Part shown: positions 29,409 through 43,410 of the stretch, one piece after another | How positions within the stretch are numbered: position 1 is the stretch's first letter | Layout: each line of letters begins with the position of its first letter | Source: the human T2T-CHM13v2.0 reference genome, Homo sapiens | Length of the DNA: 64,000 bases | Assembly: GCF_009914755.1 (NCBI RefSeq) | Contig: NC_060930.1 | Strand: one strand, 5' to 3' | The notes under the pieces: generated by a model | The model's input: only the letters and a program-made list of their open reading frames with translations | Told to the model about the DNA's origin: nothing | Databases searched by the model: none | Position numbers and translations under genes: made by a program

Positions 29409-31590
29409 CTGAGAAAAGAAACATTTTTCTTTTCAGTCTATGTGTTCTTTATATGCTATTCATTTTTTTTAGTATGTCCATATGTTATGTTGGTTTAAAG
29501 AATAAAATAAACTTGCTTTCAATAGAAGTTCTAATATGGGTCATTTATAGCAAGGCTACTCAAAGTACTAGTCCATGACAGACTCAGGTGTGTATGTCAG
29601 AATGTAAATCAACACTCTGTTTCCTTCAGTAAATAGTCTTCCTATTAAAAAAAAATGACAGCTGAACTAAACAGTGTGCTTAGTGATATAGTTGATTTAC
29701 ATTCCAGGGCAACCTCCTTATCCCTCACTGGCCAGCATCAAACAGTCCTCATGTGATTTTCAGACCAAACTTTAAATAACAGTGATTTTATACTTTAATA
29801 CAATTTTAGAACAAATTCTCACTTTCCCAAGTTTACTTGTATGTTAAGACTCATTCTTAGCTTTAGAAGATAATAAATTTTGAAAATATGGTAAAGTTAT
29901 TTTCTTGAGCAAAATTCTTTTCTTAATGCCCCTGGTCCATGTAGGCACTCAGGGGACCAGGCTGACAGTGGCTCTGTCATCTTTAACAAGTGGCTTTAAG
30001 AGTAGCACTGTGTTTCAGCAGTGGCAAGAACTAGGATACAGTCTCACCTAGATGCAAGGCTCCTGGGATAGTCAGTCCCTTGCTGGACAGCTCCTTCCTA
30101 GAAACAATTTCACATTGTGGAAGGGAAATCATCCTTTGGCTAGCTCTGTCACAGCAGTCGATTATTTGTTCCAGTACTGAAATGCAAAACCATAGAAATC
30201 AGATGCACTATTCTCAGATAAGCATTTATATATAATAAGTGTTATAATTCTGACCATTAACTTTAAATATACCTTTTTTATATACATGGGTGAAATATTT
30301 TCCTTAACAAACTATGAATGACAATCAATATAACATTTTCTAAAGTATAGTTAACTTGAAAAAACAAGGCATCATGGTAGCTAGCTGATGACAATGTGAT
30401 GCAGTAACCTAATCTACTCTGGGGTCCACATATTTTGATGGCCTCCCCAGCCTACTGCGAATAGCTCACCCACCCTAGCCAAACAACCCTGAAAATTTTG
30501 TTTAAATTCCATAACCCAAACTTTTGCCCATTGCCCCTAAATATATGGGCCAATTAGGGAGGCAAAAACCAGTTAGGGGTGGCAAGGGTGCACGTGGAGA
30601 ATAAAGGTCAATCAGTAAAGACAAGATAATAAAGGTGACCCACAAAGAGAAGTGGAAATGAGTAACCATGTGGCCCAGAAGCAAGATTTACTGATAAAGG
30701 GATCTGCCTCCTGAAGGCTTTTCTGTTCTTGGTTCTAGTTTACCAAGGTCTCCTTGTGTTCCTTATATCCTGATGACTAATTACCTCTTCATTTTTTGTT
30801 TAATAACTTCATATGAGTACGTTTCTGTTATTCGCAAATAGCCATAGGACAACTGTTTATCATTAATTCCTTCCAAATTTCTTGCTCATACAAATCAGGT
30901 GGTGAAGGAAAATCTTCATTAGGCCCATAGAATTCAGATGTCTAAAATTTCTTTAAATTAGGGCCTCTAAATCTATTTTTTGAGCAATTAATGCAGACAG
31001 AGTCTGCTCCCATCTTTTGCTCATGCAGATTTATCTCTTGCAAGAATAGGTAAGAGGCATAGAATAGTCGGCAATTTTGCTTTTAAAAATATATTTTCTG
31101 CTTTCTTATGTGTTCACCTCACATAGCACTCGTAGTCTCAGTTTGCACTTGCACCCCAACTTTGTACAAGACAAACTGGACTCTAAAATGTGTGAACTTA
31201 CCTGACCTGCACTAAATTTTTCATCCTCTGGTTCTTCCCTGATTGTAGATTCACAATAAAAAGTCCTCCAAGTTTTTGTTTGAATGACAACCAAACTCAA
31301 ATTGCTGATTTTGACCCTGCAGTTGTAACACTAAACATGTTTCTTTCATAGGCCCACATTTATAAGGAAATAAAATTGTTTGAAGAGCAATAACTTTAAC
31401 TAGTCATTGTCAATAATCAATTCTTTTATACTAAAGTGCTGAGAATATTTTTCTTTAACCTACTTGCCTCACCAGATAAATATTTTTCTTCTAAGTGGAT
31501 TTATCAGAATACATATATACTCATTCAAAGATGTATCAAGTGATCATAAAGAATGTCGGTCTCATGACTTTATAATATACACAAACTCCC

Positions 31591-31950
31591 TGATATGGTC
31601 TGACTCTGTGTCCCCACCCAAATCTCATCTTGAATTGTAGTAATCCCCACGAGTCATGGGAGGGACCAAGTGGGAGGTAATTGAATCATGTGGGTGAGTC
31701 TTTCCCATGCTGTTCTCGTGATAGTGAATAAGTCTCATGAGATCTGATGGTTTGATAAATGGGAGTTCCTCTGCACATGCTTTCTCATCTGCCACCACAT
31801 AAGATGTGCCTTTGCTCTTCCTTCGCTTTCTGCCATGATTGTGGGGCCTCCCCAACCATGTGGAACTGTGAGTTCATTAAATTTCTTTCCTTTATAAATT
31901 ATCCAGTCTCAGGTATGTCTTTATTAGCAGCACAAGAACAGACTAATACA
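31591..31950 (+). mobile_element. THE1B/C-like MaLR solo LTR
   Basis: TGATATGG...CCCCACCCAAATCTCATCTTGAATTGTAG ... ACAGACTAATACA; TG..CA ends; 5-bp TSD CTCCC/CACCC with one mismatch. Confidence 0.93.
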
Positions 31951-33091
31951 CACCCTCTGTAAAAAATATTTTCCCCTGATTTCACTCAGCAAATCTCTTT
32001 GCTCCTTTCGTACTCTGAATTTCCAATGACCCCTCCTTCTGGTATGAGGGACCGTAAGAAGGGAATTGTGAGCTGTGGGGCCAGGCCAAGCTCAGATTCT
32101 CAGGTAAGGTACCATTCCTTAGGTACATTTTCTCAGGTAAGTCTGAGGAAAGGGCAACATCAGGACATTTGGTCAACCTTTCTGCTTGTTGCCACCCTGA
32201 GATTAAGGCATTAATGTGTGAGTTTGGGAATGAGACTCATCAGAAAAGGAGTTTTAAATCAGCACTGTAAAAAGATTTACTCAGCTTGTATTAATCTGAG
32301 ATTCTTCCATTTCTCCCCATTCATAAAAATTATGGTGTTTAAATGTTTTTTTCAAGGAGAATTAGAGTGTTTGTTAAAAACTGAAGAAAATCAAAGGCTT
32401 CTGGGTAAGACAAGATCCAGGAGAAATCAATCTTATTTCAGCCAATAGCTCTCTCATTTTCATGAGGCAGTAAGGTCTTGGTTGCTCAGTGTTCTTATTT
32501 AGGTGACTTTTTTTTTTTTTGGTTTTGTTTTGTTTTTTAATTGCATGAAATACTCACCAGCCAAAGAGGATAGCATCCTTATTTTCTCAATGGACCTTTA
32601 TTTAAATCAATAAAATCTAACCCATTTCTATAGTCTCCATCTTGCTCCCATCTCTTGTTCTCCCTCTAATTCTGGCTCTTGACTATCTCTCCCTTGCTTG
32701 CATTACTTGAAAACAATTAGTGCAATTATCCTTATTCAGTCCCTTCTGACACTCCCTCTCTCTTATACCTGCAGATTTGCAGCCACATGGTGATAGTTAC
32801 GTGAATATCAAATTCGATTATTCTAATGAAGGCTTTAATTGGAGACTGTCATTTGCTCTCAATCTCATTCTAAGTGATACTTATTCTCTATTTGTAGCTT
32901 TCTCCTCCCACAAAGGTGGTCTCCTCAGATCTCTAGTCCTTATATGTTATTGCTCTGTGTAATGGCCTGTTTTAAGAATTTCACATTTTGATAGCAAATA
33001 TCTTATTGACCACTTAAATGTGGTGGTAATGTGCTTAATAATTAATTGCTTTCTATTTTATATACATATATTTAAAAAAAACAACATACTA

Positions 33092-33398
<307 letters not shown>

Positions 33399-33963
33399 TA
33401 ACCATTTTGATTGGGTACATTTAGAGGATTTTAGGGGTATGTCAAGAGAGATTTGTGTTTGGAGTTCAGTCTCCCAGAATTGTGCTAAATGGAAAAGCCC
33501 TTTTCACAATTCTATTACTCTTCTTACCTCTTCTATTAACTTCTGGTCTTTTCTTGTTTCAACTTCTATGGGTCTCAGTTTCTTCATCTGGGGAATCAAG
33601 GATATTTGACTATCTAGTTCATAAAGTCACTCCAAAATTCTGGTTACCTTATTAGCAAATCGGTGTTTTCTCCTTGTTACAAACATCTTTAGAAATCCCC
33701 CACAGAGAAGTAACCAAGAATAGGTGCAAATATTTTGATTCATTATTAATTAATTTCTCTAAGCACCAGTTTTCACATGGATAGAATGAGATTTTTTTAG
33801 ACCCAGTTAGGATCTATGATGCCACCATACATGATAGATTCTTGCTACCATTTCAATTTAGGAATTATTTTTTGCTACAAATAAATTTGTATGTTTTCTG
33901 TTGTCAGGAACCAAAAACTCCAGAACCCCACTGTCACTCCCAGCTATAAGAAAGCTTAGAGCC

Positions 33964-34334
<371 letters not shown>

Positions 34335-34974
34335 CTAATGCTATGGCTGAGGAAAACATCTCTTTCCTTTCAGTTGGATTTTGTTCTCTATTATCCTCAA
34401 ATGCCTTAATTGAAGAGTTTTAATTTGTAGGTATGAGCAAAATGCAAGACTTCAATTAACAGTACAATCTTGAATTCCATGCTGATACATTTCCAGGTTC
34501 TTGGTTACATATTAATTGAAGAACTTGCAATTGTTCATCTCCCAGTATGTTGACAGAAGCCATGAGTAAAGATTTATTCTCTCCATAGACATCTCTTTCC
34601 AAAGACTAAGGAGCTGTTCTGAGGTATTGGAGTATGAGAAGATGGTCCCATAGAACCCATCCATAGGGAGCCAAAGTGGAAAAGCCATCCAGAGACTGTA
34701 GCAGTTTATGCAAAAACCACCTGCTCATGTGTGCTCAAATGGAACTGCTTTGCATAAGCAGATCTTTTCAGTTCCCCAGGCTTGCATAGTCTCCATTATT
34801 CTTATATCCCAGGGAACATCCTCAATGCTGAGAAATATGTTCTTATACTGAGAGCTGTAGCTATTTGGTTCCTTTCTTTCTCAATGTCCTTCTTTTTTTC
34901 TTTCTTGGCCCAATGATTGTAGTATTTTCTCATCAAGTCAAAGCGGCTATGTACAAGGTTAATAGTGCCCAACA

Positions 34975-35283
34975 GATGTACAGTGTACAGTCTGACAACT
35001 CTCAGCTTCCCAATAGAACGCTTCCCATAATCTAGTTCAGAAGAGCCTTTTTGGTTTCCATTTGTAGCTTTGATCAGTTCCAGCACTACTCAGTCTCGAA
35101 TGTTTAGGAAATTTAATTTAACTAAAGAAACTCCCGATGCCTTTCAAAATCACACAACACATAATATTCACTAAGAATAGTAACCATTTCTCTTTTGCAC
35201 TATCGCTCTCCTATATCCAGTATGAACTCAGCAGCTAAGGAGGACAAAACAAAACGCGATGGCAATTTTTGAGAGGCAACTAA
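34975..35283 (+). repeat. Local direct duplication, copy 1 (probable donor)
   Basis: Aligns to 35985-36284; also visible as the shared peptide in ORFs 34802-35086 and 35897-36100. Confidence 0.95.
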
Positions 35284-35984
35284 AAAAATAGAGATTAGTC
35301 AGTTTAATAAATTCAAGAATGTATTCAATTACTGAAATTATTTCTCTGTGGTTGTATAAGATAAGTCTTCATTAAGTACTAAAGAAGTAGAAATGTGATT
35401 TAATTTCATCTAAAGGAATTTAGTTTAGCTTAGACTTCCAGTTAAGCTATAGAAGTATCCAACAAAGATATCGAGATATTAATCTGAATATTTCTTAAAA
35501 AGGAAATGAAATCTAAAAAATTTTTAAACATGTATGTGCATTACCTCTAGGCCCCACACGTTAGCCTCAACTTTGGAACTACAAATAATCTTTACTCAAT
35601 CAGATTTTGAAAATACTTATATTCATTTTCTTGTCTAGTTTTATTTGCTGTATTCCAGTTTTAGGAGAAAGAGGCACATTTAAAAAAGATCATCTTGACA
35701 CATTTCAGAGGAAATTCTGAACCTGGTACATATTCAGCTTACTGCACTATCACATCAAAAGATAAAGATTATTGAATGCTATTTAAAACAATGGTGTGGT
35801 TCCAGCTCAAGATGGCTGACTAGAAGCAGACAGTATGCGCTTCTCTCACGTGGAGGAAATAAAGTAGCAAGTAAGAACTAACATTAATTGGATTGTTTAA
35901 GAGATCATGCTGGGATTCATCAGGGAAGCAATGGGACCCATGGAGAGCAGAAAGGAGAGAAACTGGGTACCTTCTTGAGTCATT

Positions 35985-36284
35985 GATGTACAGTGCACAA
36001 TCTGTACAACTCTCAGCTTCCCAATAGAACGCTTCCCATAATCTAGTTCAGAAGAGCCTTTTTGGTTTCCATTTGTAGCTTTGATCAGTCCCAGTCCCAC
36101 TCAGTTTCAAATGTTTAGAAAATTTTGTTTAACTAAAGAAACTCCTGATGTCTTTCAAAGTCACACAACAGATAATATTCACTACGAATTATAACTACTT
36201 TCTTTTGCATTATCACTCTCCTGTATCCAGATGAACTCAGTAGGACAAAACAAAATGTGATGGCAATTTTTGAGAGGCAACTAA
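35985..36284 (+). repeat. Local direct duplication, copy 2 (embedded in L1PB)
   Basis: Aligns to 34975-35283. Confidence 0.95.
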
Positions 36285-37395
36285 GGAACTAGGTCAATTC
36301 TACTTTCATTCTATGGATCTAGTATCACCTTCATACCAAAATCAGGCAAGAACACAACAAAAAAAAGAAAACTACAGGACAATATCCCTGGTTAATATAG
36401 ATGAAAAAATTTTCCAAAAAAAAAAAATACTAGCAAACTGACTCCAATAGTGCATCAAAAAGGTAATTCACCATAAGCCATAAGCAAGTGGGCTTTATTC
36501 CAGGGATGCAAGGATTGTTCAACATATGCAAATCAGTAAATCTGATTCACCACATAAATAGAATTAAGAACAAAAACTATATGATCATATCAATTGATGT
36601 AGAAAAATGACTGTATGAAATTCAACATCCCTTTATTAAAAAATCCTCAACAATCTAGGTATCAAAGGAACATACCTGAAAATTAGAAAAGTCATCTATG
36701 ACAAACACACATCCAACATTATACTGAATGGGAAAAAGTTGAAAGCATTTCTGCTAAGAACTGGAACAAGAAAAGGATGTCCGCTCTCACCATTCCAATT
36801 CAGCATAGTACTGGAAGTCCTATCCAGAGCAGCCAGACAAGAGAAAGAAATAAAAAGCATCCAAATTGGAAAAGAAGAAGTCAAACTATCTCTGTTCACT
36901 GACAACATGACCATATACCTAGAAAATCCTAAAGACTCTTCTAGAAGACTGCCAGAATTGATAAGCAACTTTAGTAAAGTCTCAGGATACAAAAACAATG
37001 TACAAAAATCAGTAGCATTTTTATACGTGAATAATGTTCAAGCTGAGAACAAAGTTAATAACTCAATAACACTTACAATAGCTACAGTAAGATACCTAGG
37101 AATACATTTAACCAAGGAGGAGAAAGATCTCTACAAGGAGAACTATACACTGTTGGTGGGGATGTAAACTATTTCAGCAATTGTAGAAAGCAGTTTGGAA
37201 ATTTCTCAAACAACTTAAAACACAGCTACCATTTGACCCAGCAATCGCATTACTGGATATCTCCCCAAAGGAAAATAAATAGTTTTATCAAAAAGACACA
37301 TGAACTCACATGCTTATTGGAGCACTATTCACAATAGCGAAGTCATGGAACCAACCTAAGTGTCCACCAGCAGTTGACTGAATAAAGAAAATGTG

Positions 37396-37396
<1 letters not shown>

Positions 37397-37441
<45 letters not shown>
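37397..37441. repeat. (CA)n microsatellite inside L1PB
   Basis: About 22 perfect units. Confidence 0.97.
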
Positions 37442-37444
<3 letters not shown>

Positions 37445-38399
37445 ATGGAATATTATGCAACCATAAAAAAGAATGAGATTATGTTCTTTGCAGCAACATG
37501 GAAGGAGCTGGAAGACATTAGCCTAGGTGAGCTAACTCAGAAGCAGAAAATCAAATATTATATGTTCTTACTTACAAGTGGGAGCTAAACAACATGTACA
37601 CTTGGACATAAAAATGGAGAGAATATTTGATCAACATGGGGATTAGGGGGAAAATGGAGATAATAGACTATGGGGGCTCCAAAAGGGAAGAGCTCTGCTG
37701 AGATAAGGATGAGAGTTGAAAAATTATCTATCGGGTACAATGTTCAATATTCAGGTGATGGGTACTCTAGAACCCCAACCCCCTCTCTTTCACATGTAAT
37801 ATCCATGTAACAAACAAGCACATGTATTCCCAAATTCTAAAATTAAAAAAATAAAATGAAAAATCATGTTACATCACATGACGATCTCAAACCCCTATAA
37901 AACATTTAATTATCTCAGTTTATTGTTCTTTTTCAGTCAGGAATAAGAAAAATACATTATTTGGAAATAATCTCAACAGTAAGAGTTAGGACAAAAAAGT
38001 TTTTAGTTCACTTCTGAGTTATATACTACTTCTAAGCTACTTTCCTTAGCAAATAAAAAGCTCATGACTTTATGTGAATATATAAATGAGACCCACAACC
38101 TCTGATTTGAAATTAGTTTATGGAAAGTCTAAATTGAAAACGGGAACGTGAATTACTTCATTATATCTTCAGGTTTATTTGAGACTCTAATAGAAATGTT
38201 CTGCATAAGCAGATTTTGTACTGCCCCAAACCTGAATAGCGCCCAATCTTCCATACTCCAAAGGACTTCCTCAGCATTGGGAAATTCATTTGCTTTTTCA
38301 GGAATTTCCTCCACCCACCCAGCAAACCAACAAACTGACTGCACGAAGACCAGCATTCAGCAGTCCATCTTACCTGAATTTGCATCCTCACTCTGAGTT

Positions 38400-38615
38400 T
38401 GCCCCTCCATACTGCTTTGTCCTCGTAGTACTTATCATTGCCTGACATGATTTTAGTTATTTGTTGATTACCTCTTTTCCAAACAAGAATGGAAACTCCA
38501 GGAGTGACTGGGTTTTTGACTGTTTTATCCATAGCTCTAACCACAGCACTTAGAACAGTACAGAATACATAGAATTCACTCAATAAATAATTTTCGAATA
38601 CATAAATTGATAAAC
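38400..38615 (+). mobile_element. L2a 3' end
   Basis: AAACTCCAGGAG..., CAGCACTTAGAACAGT, CACTCAATAAATA. Confidence 0.7.
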
Positions 38616-38709
38616 AAACATTAACAAATTCCACTAGTGAGTTGTTCTTTATTCTGCTTTATTACATATCTAGGAAGAATAAGAATGCTAGCTGAGTGAT
38701 AGAATAGCT

Positions 38710-39028
<319 letters not shown>

Positions 39029-39337
39029 TCACTTTTTATGGCACTATGAGTTATTAAGTGAATGCCAATGAACCTGTTTTCTTAAGTATTTGATAGTGCA
39101 TCTCTTTTTGTTGTTGTTGTTTTTCCTAATCATTTGTCTAGGCACTAACTGAAAAAGCTAAGTTCTTAACATCAAAATTTAAGTTCAGCTGAATAAAATA
39201 TTTTATTTCACTTATCTGACCAAACCACAGACATTCAGCAAAGCTATACTGTGAGTGCTAAATGAATTTTTTTCCCCATAGGACACTAAATAGCATTTTT
39301 ATAAATTGCAAAGTTCTATTAAAAATTGGCAAAGTAA

Positions 39338-39629
39338 GGCCAGGTGTGGTGGCTCACCCCTGTAATCCCAGCACTTTGGAAGGCCGAGGCGGGCAGATCA
39401 CAAGGTCAGGAGTTCGAGACCAGCCAAGCCAACATGGGGAAGCTCCATCTTTACTAAAAATACAAAAATTAGCTGGGCGTGATGGCGGGCACCTGTAAGC
39501 CTGGCTACTTGGGAGGCTGAGGCAGGAGAATCACTTGAACCCAGGATGCGGAGTTTTCAGTGAGCCAAGATCACGCCATTGCACTCCAGGCTGGGCGACA
39601 GAGCGAGATTCCATCTCAAAATAAAAAAA
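39338..39629 (+). mobile_element. AluS SINE
   Basis: Full dimer starting GGCCAGGTGTGGTGGCTCA. Confidence 0.95.
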
Positions 39630-39664
39630 TATATAGAATCACTGGTTCTTATTTTAGCTTCAAA

Positions 39665-40730
39665 CTTTTAAAGTTTATTTTTAATTTACACCTAATAATT
39701 GTACATACAGAGTACAGTATGATGTTTCAATACATGTATACATAGTAAATAACCAGATCAGGATAATTTACTTGTCCATCACTTCAAGCATTTATCATTT
39801 CTTTGTTTTGGGAACAATGAAAATTCTCTCTTCTAGTTATTTTGAAATATGCAATACAATATTGTTGACTATAATCACCTTACTGTGCAATTGAAAACCA
39901 GAACTTATTCCTTCTATCTGTAATTTTGTCTCTGTTGGCCATTTTTCTCCCCAGCCTTTGGTAAACAATATTCTAGTCCATGCTTCTATAAGATCAGCTT
40001 TTCTAAATTTTGCAAATGAGTGAGATCATGCTGTGTTTGTCTTCCTGTGCCTGGCTTATTTCACTTAACATAATGTCCTCTGGGTTCATTCATGCTGCCA
40101 CAAATGACAAGATTTAATTCTTTTTTATGGCTAATTATTATGTTATCTATTCATCTGTTGATTGACACTTAGGTTGATTCCATATCTTGGCTATTAATGA
40201 AGAGTGCTGCAATAAACATGGGAGTCAAGTTATCTCTTTGACATACTGATTTCATTTCCTTTGGATATATGCTCAGTGGTAGGATTGCTGGATCATACAG
40301 TAATTCTATTTTTAATATTTTGAGGAACCCCCATAGTGTTTTTAATAATGGCTGTACTAATTTACATTCCCAACAATGTATGTGTTCCCATTTTTCCACA
40401 TCAATGCCAGCATTTAATTTTGTTTTTGTAGTAATAGCCATTCTGTTAGGTGTGAGATGATAGCTCAATGTGGTTTTAAATTGCATTTCCCTGACTAGTG
40501 ATGTTGAACATTTTTTCATATATCTATTCTCTATTTAAGTAATTTGCCCATTTTCAATGGGCTTATTTGTTTTATTGCTAGTAAGTTATTTGAGTTCCTT
40601 TTACATTCTGGATGTTAACCCTTTGTCAGATGCATAGTTTGCAAATATTTTCTCCCATGCTATATATTATTTCTTCATTCTGTTGATCATTTCCTTCGCT
40701 GTGCAAAAGTTTTTAGTTTGTGATTCTCAT
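39665..40730 (-). mobile_element. L1MA-like 3' fragment
   Basis: Antisense 3'UTR plus ORF2 C-terminal peptide (ORF 40169-40519: [21 protein letters not shown]). Confidence 0.85.
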
Positions 40731-40779
40731 TTTAAAAGGTATAACGAACATTCTTTCCTTAATTTATATTTATTTCAGA

Positions 40780-42430
40780 TAAAGTTTAATTTTATTCCAT
40801 TTCATTCATCATGAATAAAACAATTTTATAGTGTAATGAATAAATATGCCTAAATAATATCTAAAACACAAATAAATTATCAGCTTATTTAATGACAAAG
40901 CCAAAAAAAAAACTCTGTAAACTCCTCTCAGATCAAAAAATATGTCACCAGTATCTCAGAAATTCCCGTTTCTTCCCTGTCCTTCCCACCCCAGTGGGAT
41001 CCACCATTCTGAATTTTATTATAATCACTTTATTGATTTTTCTCTGAAGTATTACTATCACATTATAATCCTAACCAATGTTGTTTGATGTTGTCTATTT
41101 TTAAATTTTTGTAAATGGAATCATGCATTCTGTTATCTCCTTTCCTCAATATTATACCACTAAAATTCATTAATGTTGTTGTGTGAATATGCAATTCATT
41201 CTCTTATTTATACAATGAAAAATATACTGTTTTTCTACTGTTCTACTGTTGATGGTTATTGAGATTATTTCCAGGGTTGGTTTATTACCAACAGTGCTGC
41301 TATGAATATTCTTGAATAGGTATGTCACACATAAGCATGCATTTCTCTAGAATTTATGTCTGAGACCAAAATTGCTGATCATGAATTTCTAGCAATATAA
41401 TTAGCTCTTAAACATTTGTTCAAAATTGTTTTACCAATTCACACTTCCACCAACAATGGACATATACTCCCATTACATTGCACCAACCCCTAGGATTATG
41501 AGACTTCTTAAAGTTTGCCAATATACTAGGTGCATAGTGGTACCTCATTATGGAATTTTTTTACACTTATCTGATGGCTAATAAGATTGGGACATTTATT
41601 GGTCATCTGGATTTCCTCTTTTGTGACTTCTGTCCAGTTTTTTTCTTTGTTTTTAATTGATTTTGAGTCAATGTATTCTAGGTATACTGATAGTCAATTA
41701 TATGTGTTGTATATATATTTTATCTCTCTAGGTTGCCTTTCAATTGTGTCTTGATGATCAGATATTCTTAAATTTAATGATGTTAAATTTATTAATCTTT
41801 TATTTAAGGTTAGTGGGGTTTGTGTCCTATTTAAAAAATTATTCCCTACTCTTAGGTCATGAAGATCTCATCCTATATTATTTTGTAAAATCTTTATAGT
41901 TTCAATTTTTACACATAGATTTATGACAGATTTACAATTTATTTTTAGGAATGATACAACGTAGTAAGTCCAATGTTTTTACCACAAAATACGCTAAATG
42001 TGTGAGATAATGCATATTTTAATTAGCTTGATTTGGTCATTCCATAATATTTACATATTTCAAAACATCATGTTATACATGATAAGAATATATAACAACA
42101 AAATGTTTTAATACCCTCTAGATGATTTAGCAGCATAAGTTATGAAATGTATTATTTTCATTATCATTCAGTTTGAAATATTGTGTAATCCATTATGATT
42201 TTCTCTTTGAGCCATACGCTATAATAGATTATTATTTCTTAATTTTCAAATATATTGCTATTTCCTGGTTTTATGGTTGTTTTTCATTCCTAATATAATT
42301 GCTTTGTGGTCAGAAAACAGAGCTTGTAATACTTTAATTCTTTAAATATATTAAGCCATGCTTTATGGCCAATGTATGGGCAATTTTTATGAATATCAGT
42401 GTGTACATGAAAAGACTGAATTCTGCAGTT
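40780..42430 (-). mobile_element. Old L1ME-like fragments, with a short sense L1MA 3' piece at ~41985-42100
   Basis: Degenerate antisense L1 motifs (CAGTGCTGCTATGAATATTCTT, TTTACCAATTCACACTTCCACCAACAATG). Confidence 0.65.
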
Positions 42431-43239
42431 AGTTATATAAGTAAAAAAGACTTAAATAACAAATATATCCTGATGCCATATAATACTATCAAAGCAAAAA
42501 AACTAAGTTACCTTAATAATTGGAACTCTCCCTCATTCTTCCTATGCTATGTGTACTTCTAGAGTCTTTAAAGCAGTTGTTGGCGACGTGGAAAAGAAGG
42601 AGTCAATTGTGTCTGCACATAATTTTTTCAACTTGGTCAACTGAGCCTCTCACTTGAGAGGGTCACAGCTATATGGTTATGTCCATTTTTTTTCCCCATG
42701 AACCAAGAGACAGCATATTTTTAGAATTTCAAATGTCAATAAAAAGCATCAAAGGGTAATATATAAGATCATCTTTTTTTTAACTTTGGAATTCATTTAT
42801 AGTTTAACACTATTGCAAATAGAGCCAGTTTCACTTTTCACCTTACAGCCTAAGAATCTTTCACAGGAAAGATTATTTCATTTTGTATTAATAACGTACC
42901 TATTATACAGTGGCATCAAAACAATGGGAGTGCTGCGTTAACGAAAAGAAAATGGGACTCCCGCCCTCAAGACTGAATTTTCAGTGAATTTACTATATAA
43001 CTAAAAATGCCTAAGACCAATTCACACAACACTCATCGATACCCAGGCAGCACAAAAGGTAGTGATATAACAAGTCTTTTGAATCTTGTTTTATGTTGCC
43101 CAAGTTTAGGTTGGACTCCCTGAAATCTGTGGTTCGGTTTTATATTAAATTTTGTATTAGTTTAAATGAAAGGGCTTGAACAATATCCAGTGAAGCTGGT
43201 GATAATAATTGAGATAATAATATTCTTATTCCTTCACTT

Positions 43240-43410
43240 TACAGCTGTGTGACTTTGAACGAGGGACTTAACCCCTGTAGCTCTGTTTCTTCTTCTGTGA
43301 GTTTGGAAAAATCATACCAACATTGCAAGGTTGCTGTTGAGAGTTACATGTCAGTATTCTTGTATGTGATGGTACAATATGCTTGGCACACTGTGTGCAT
43401 ACAATGCTTG
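43240..43410 (+). mobile_element. MIR fragment
   Basis: AGCTGTGTGACTTTGAAC...ACTTAACC...CTCTGTTTCTTC core. Confidence 0.6.

Larger units (their letters stand above)
35793..37857 (+). mobile_element. Rearranged L1PB-like LINE-1 (5' end, foreign insert, RT segment, internal deletion, 3'UTR)
   Basis: CAAGATGGCTGACTAGAAGCA 5' motif; ORF2 RT peptide in ORF 36739-37167; jump from KENY to the C-terminus at ~37148; L1PB-type 3'UTR with A tail. Confidence 0.82.

Noticed and set aside
31195-31322. Minus-strand CAG|GTAAGT donor suggesting a small exon (similar site at ~38369)
   Set aside because: Weak acceptors and no recognisable coding frame; such motifs are expected by chance in 64 kb
34802-36100. 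Two ORFs sharing LIKATNGNQKGSSELDYGKRSIGKLRVV as a duplicated micro-gene
   Set aside because: Fully explained by the DNA duplication; non-ATG starts and unrelated C-termini
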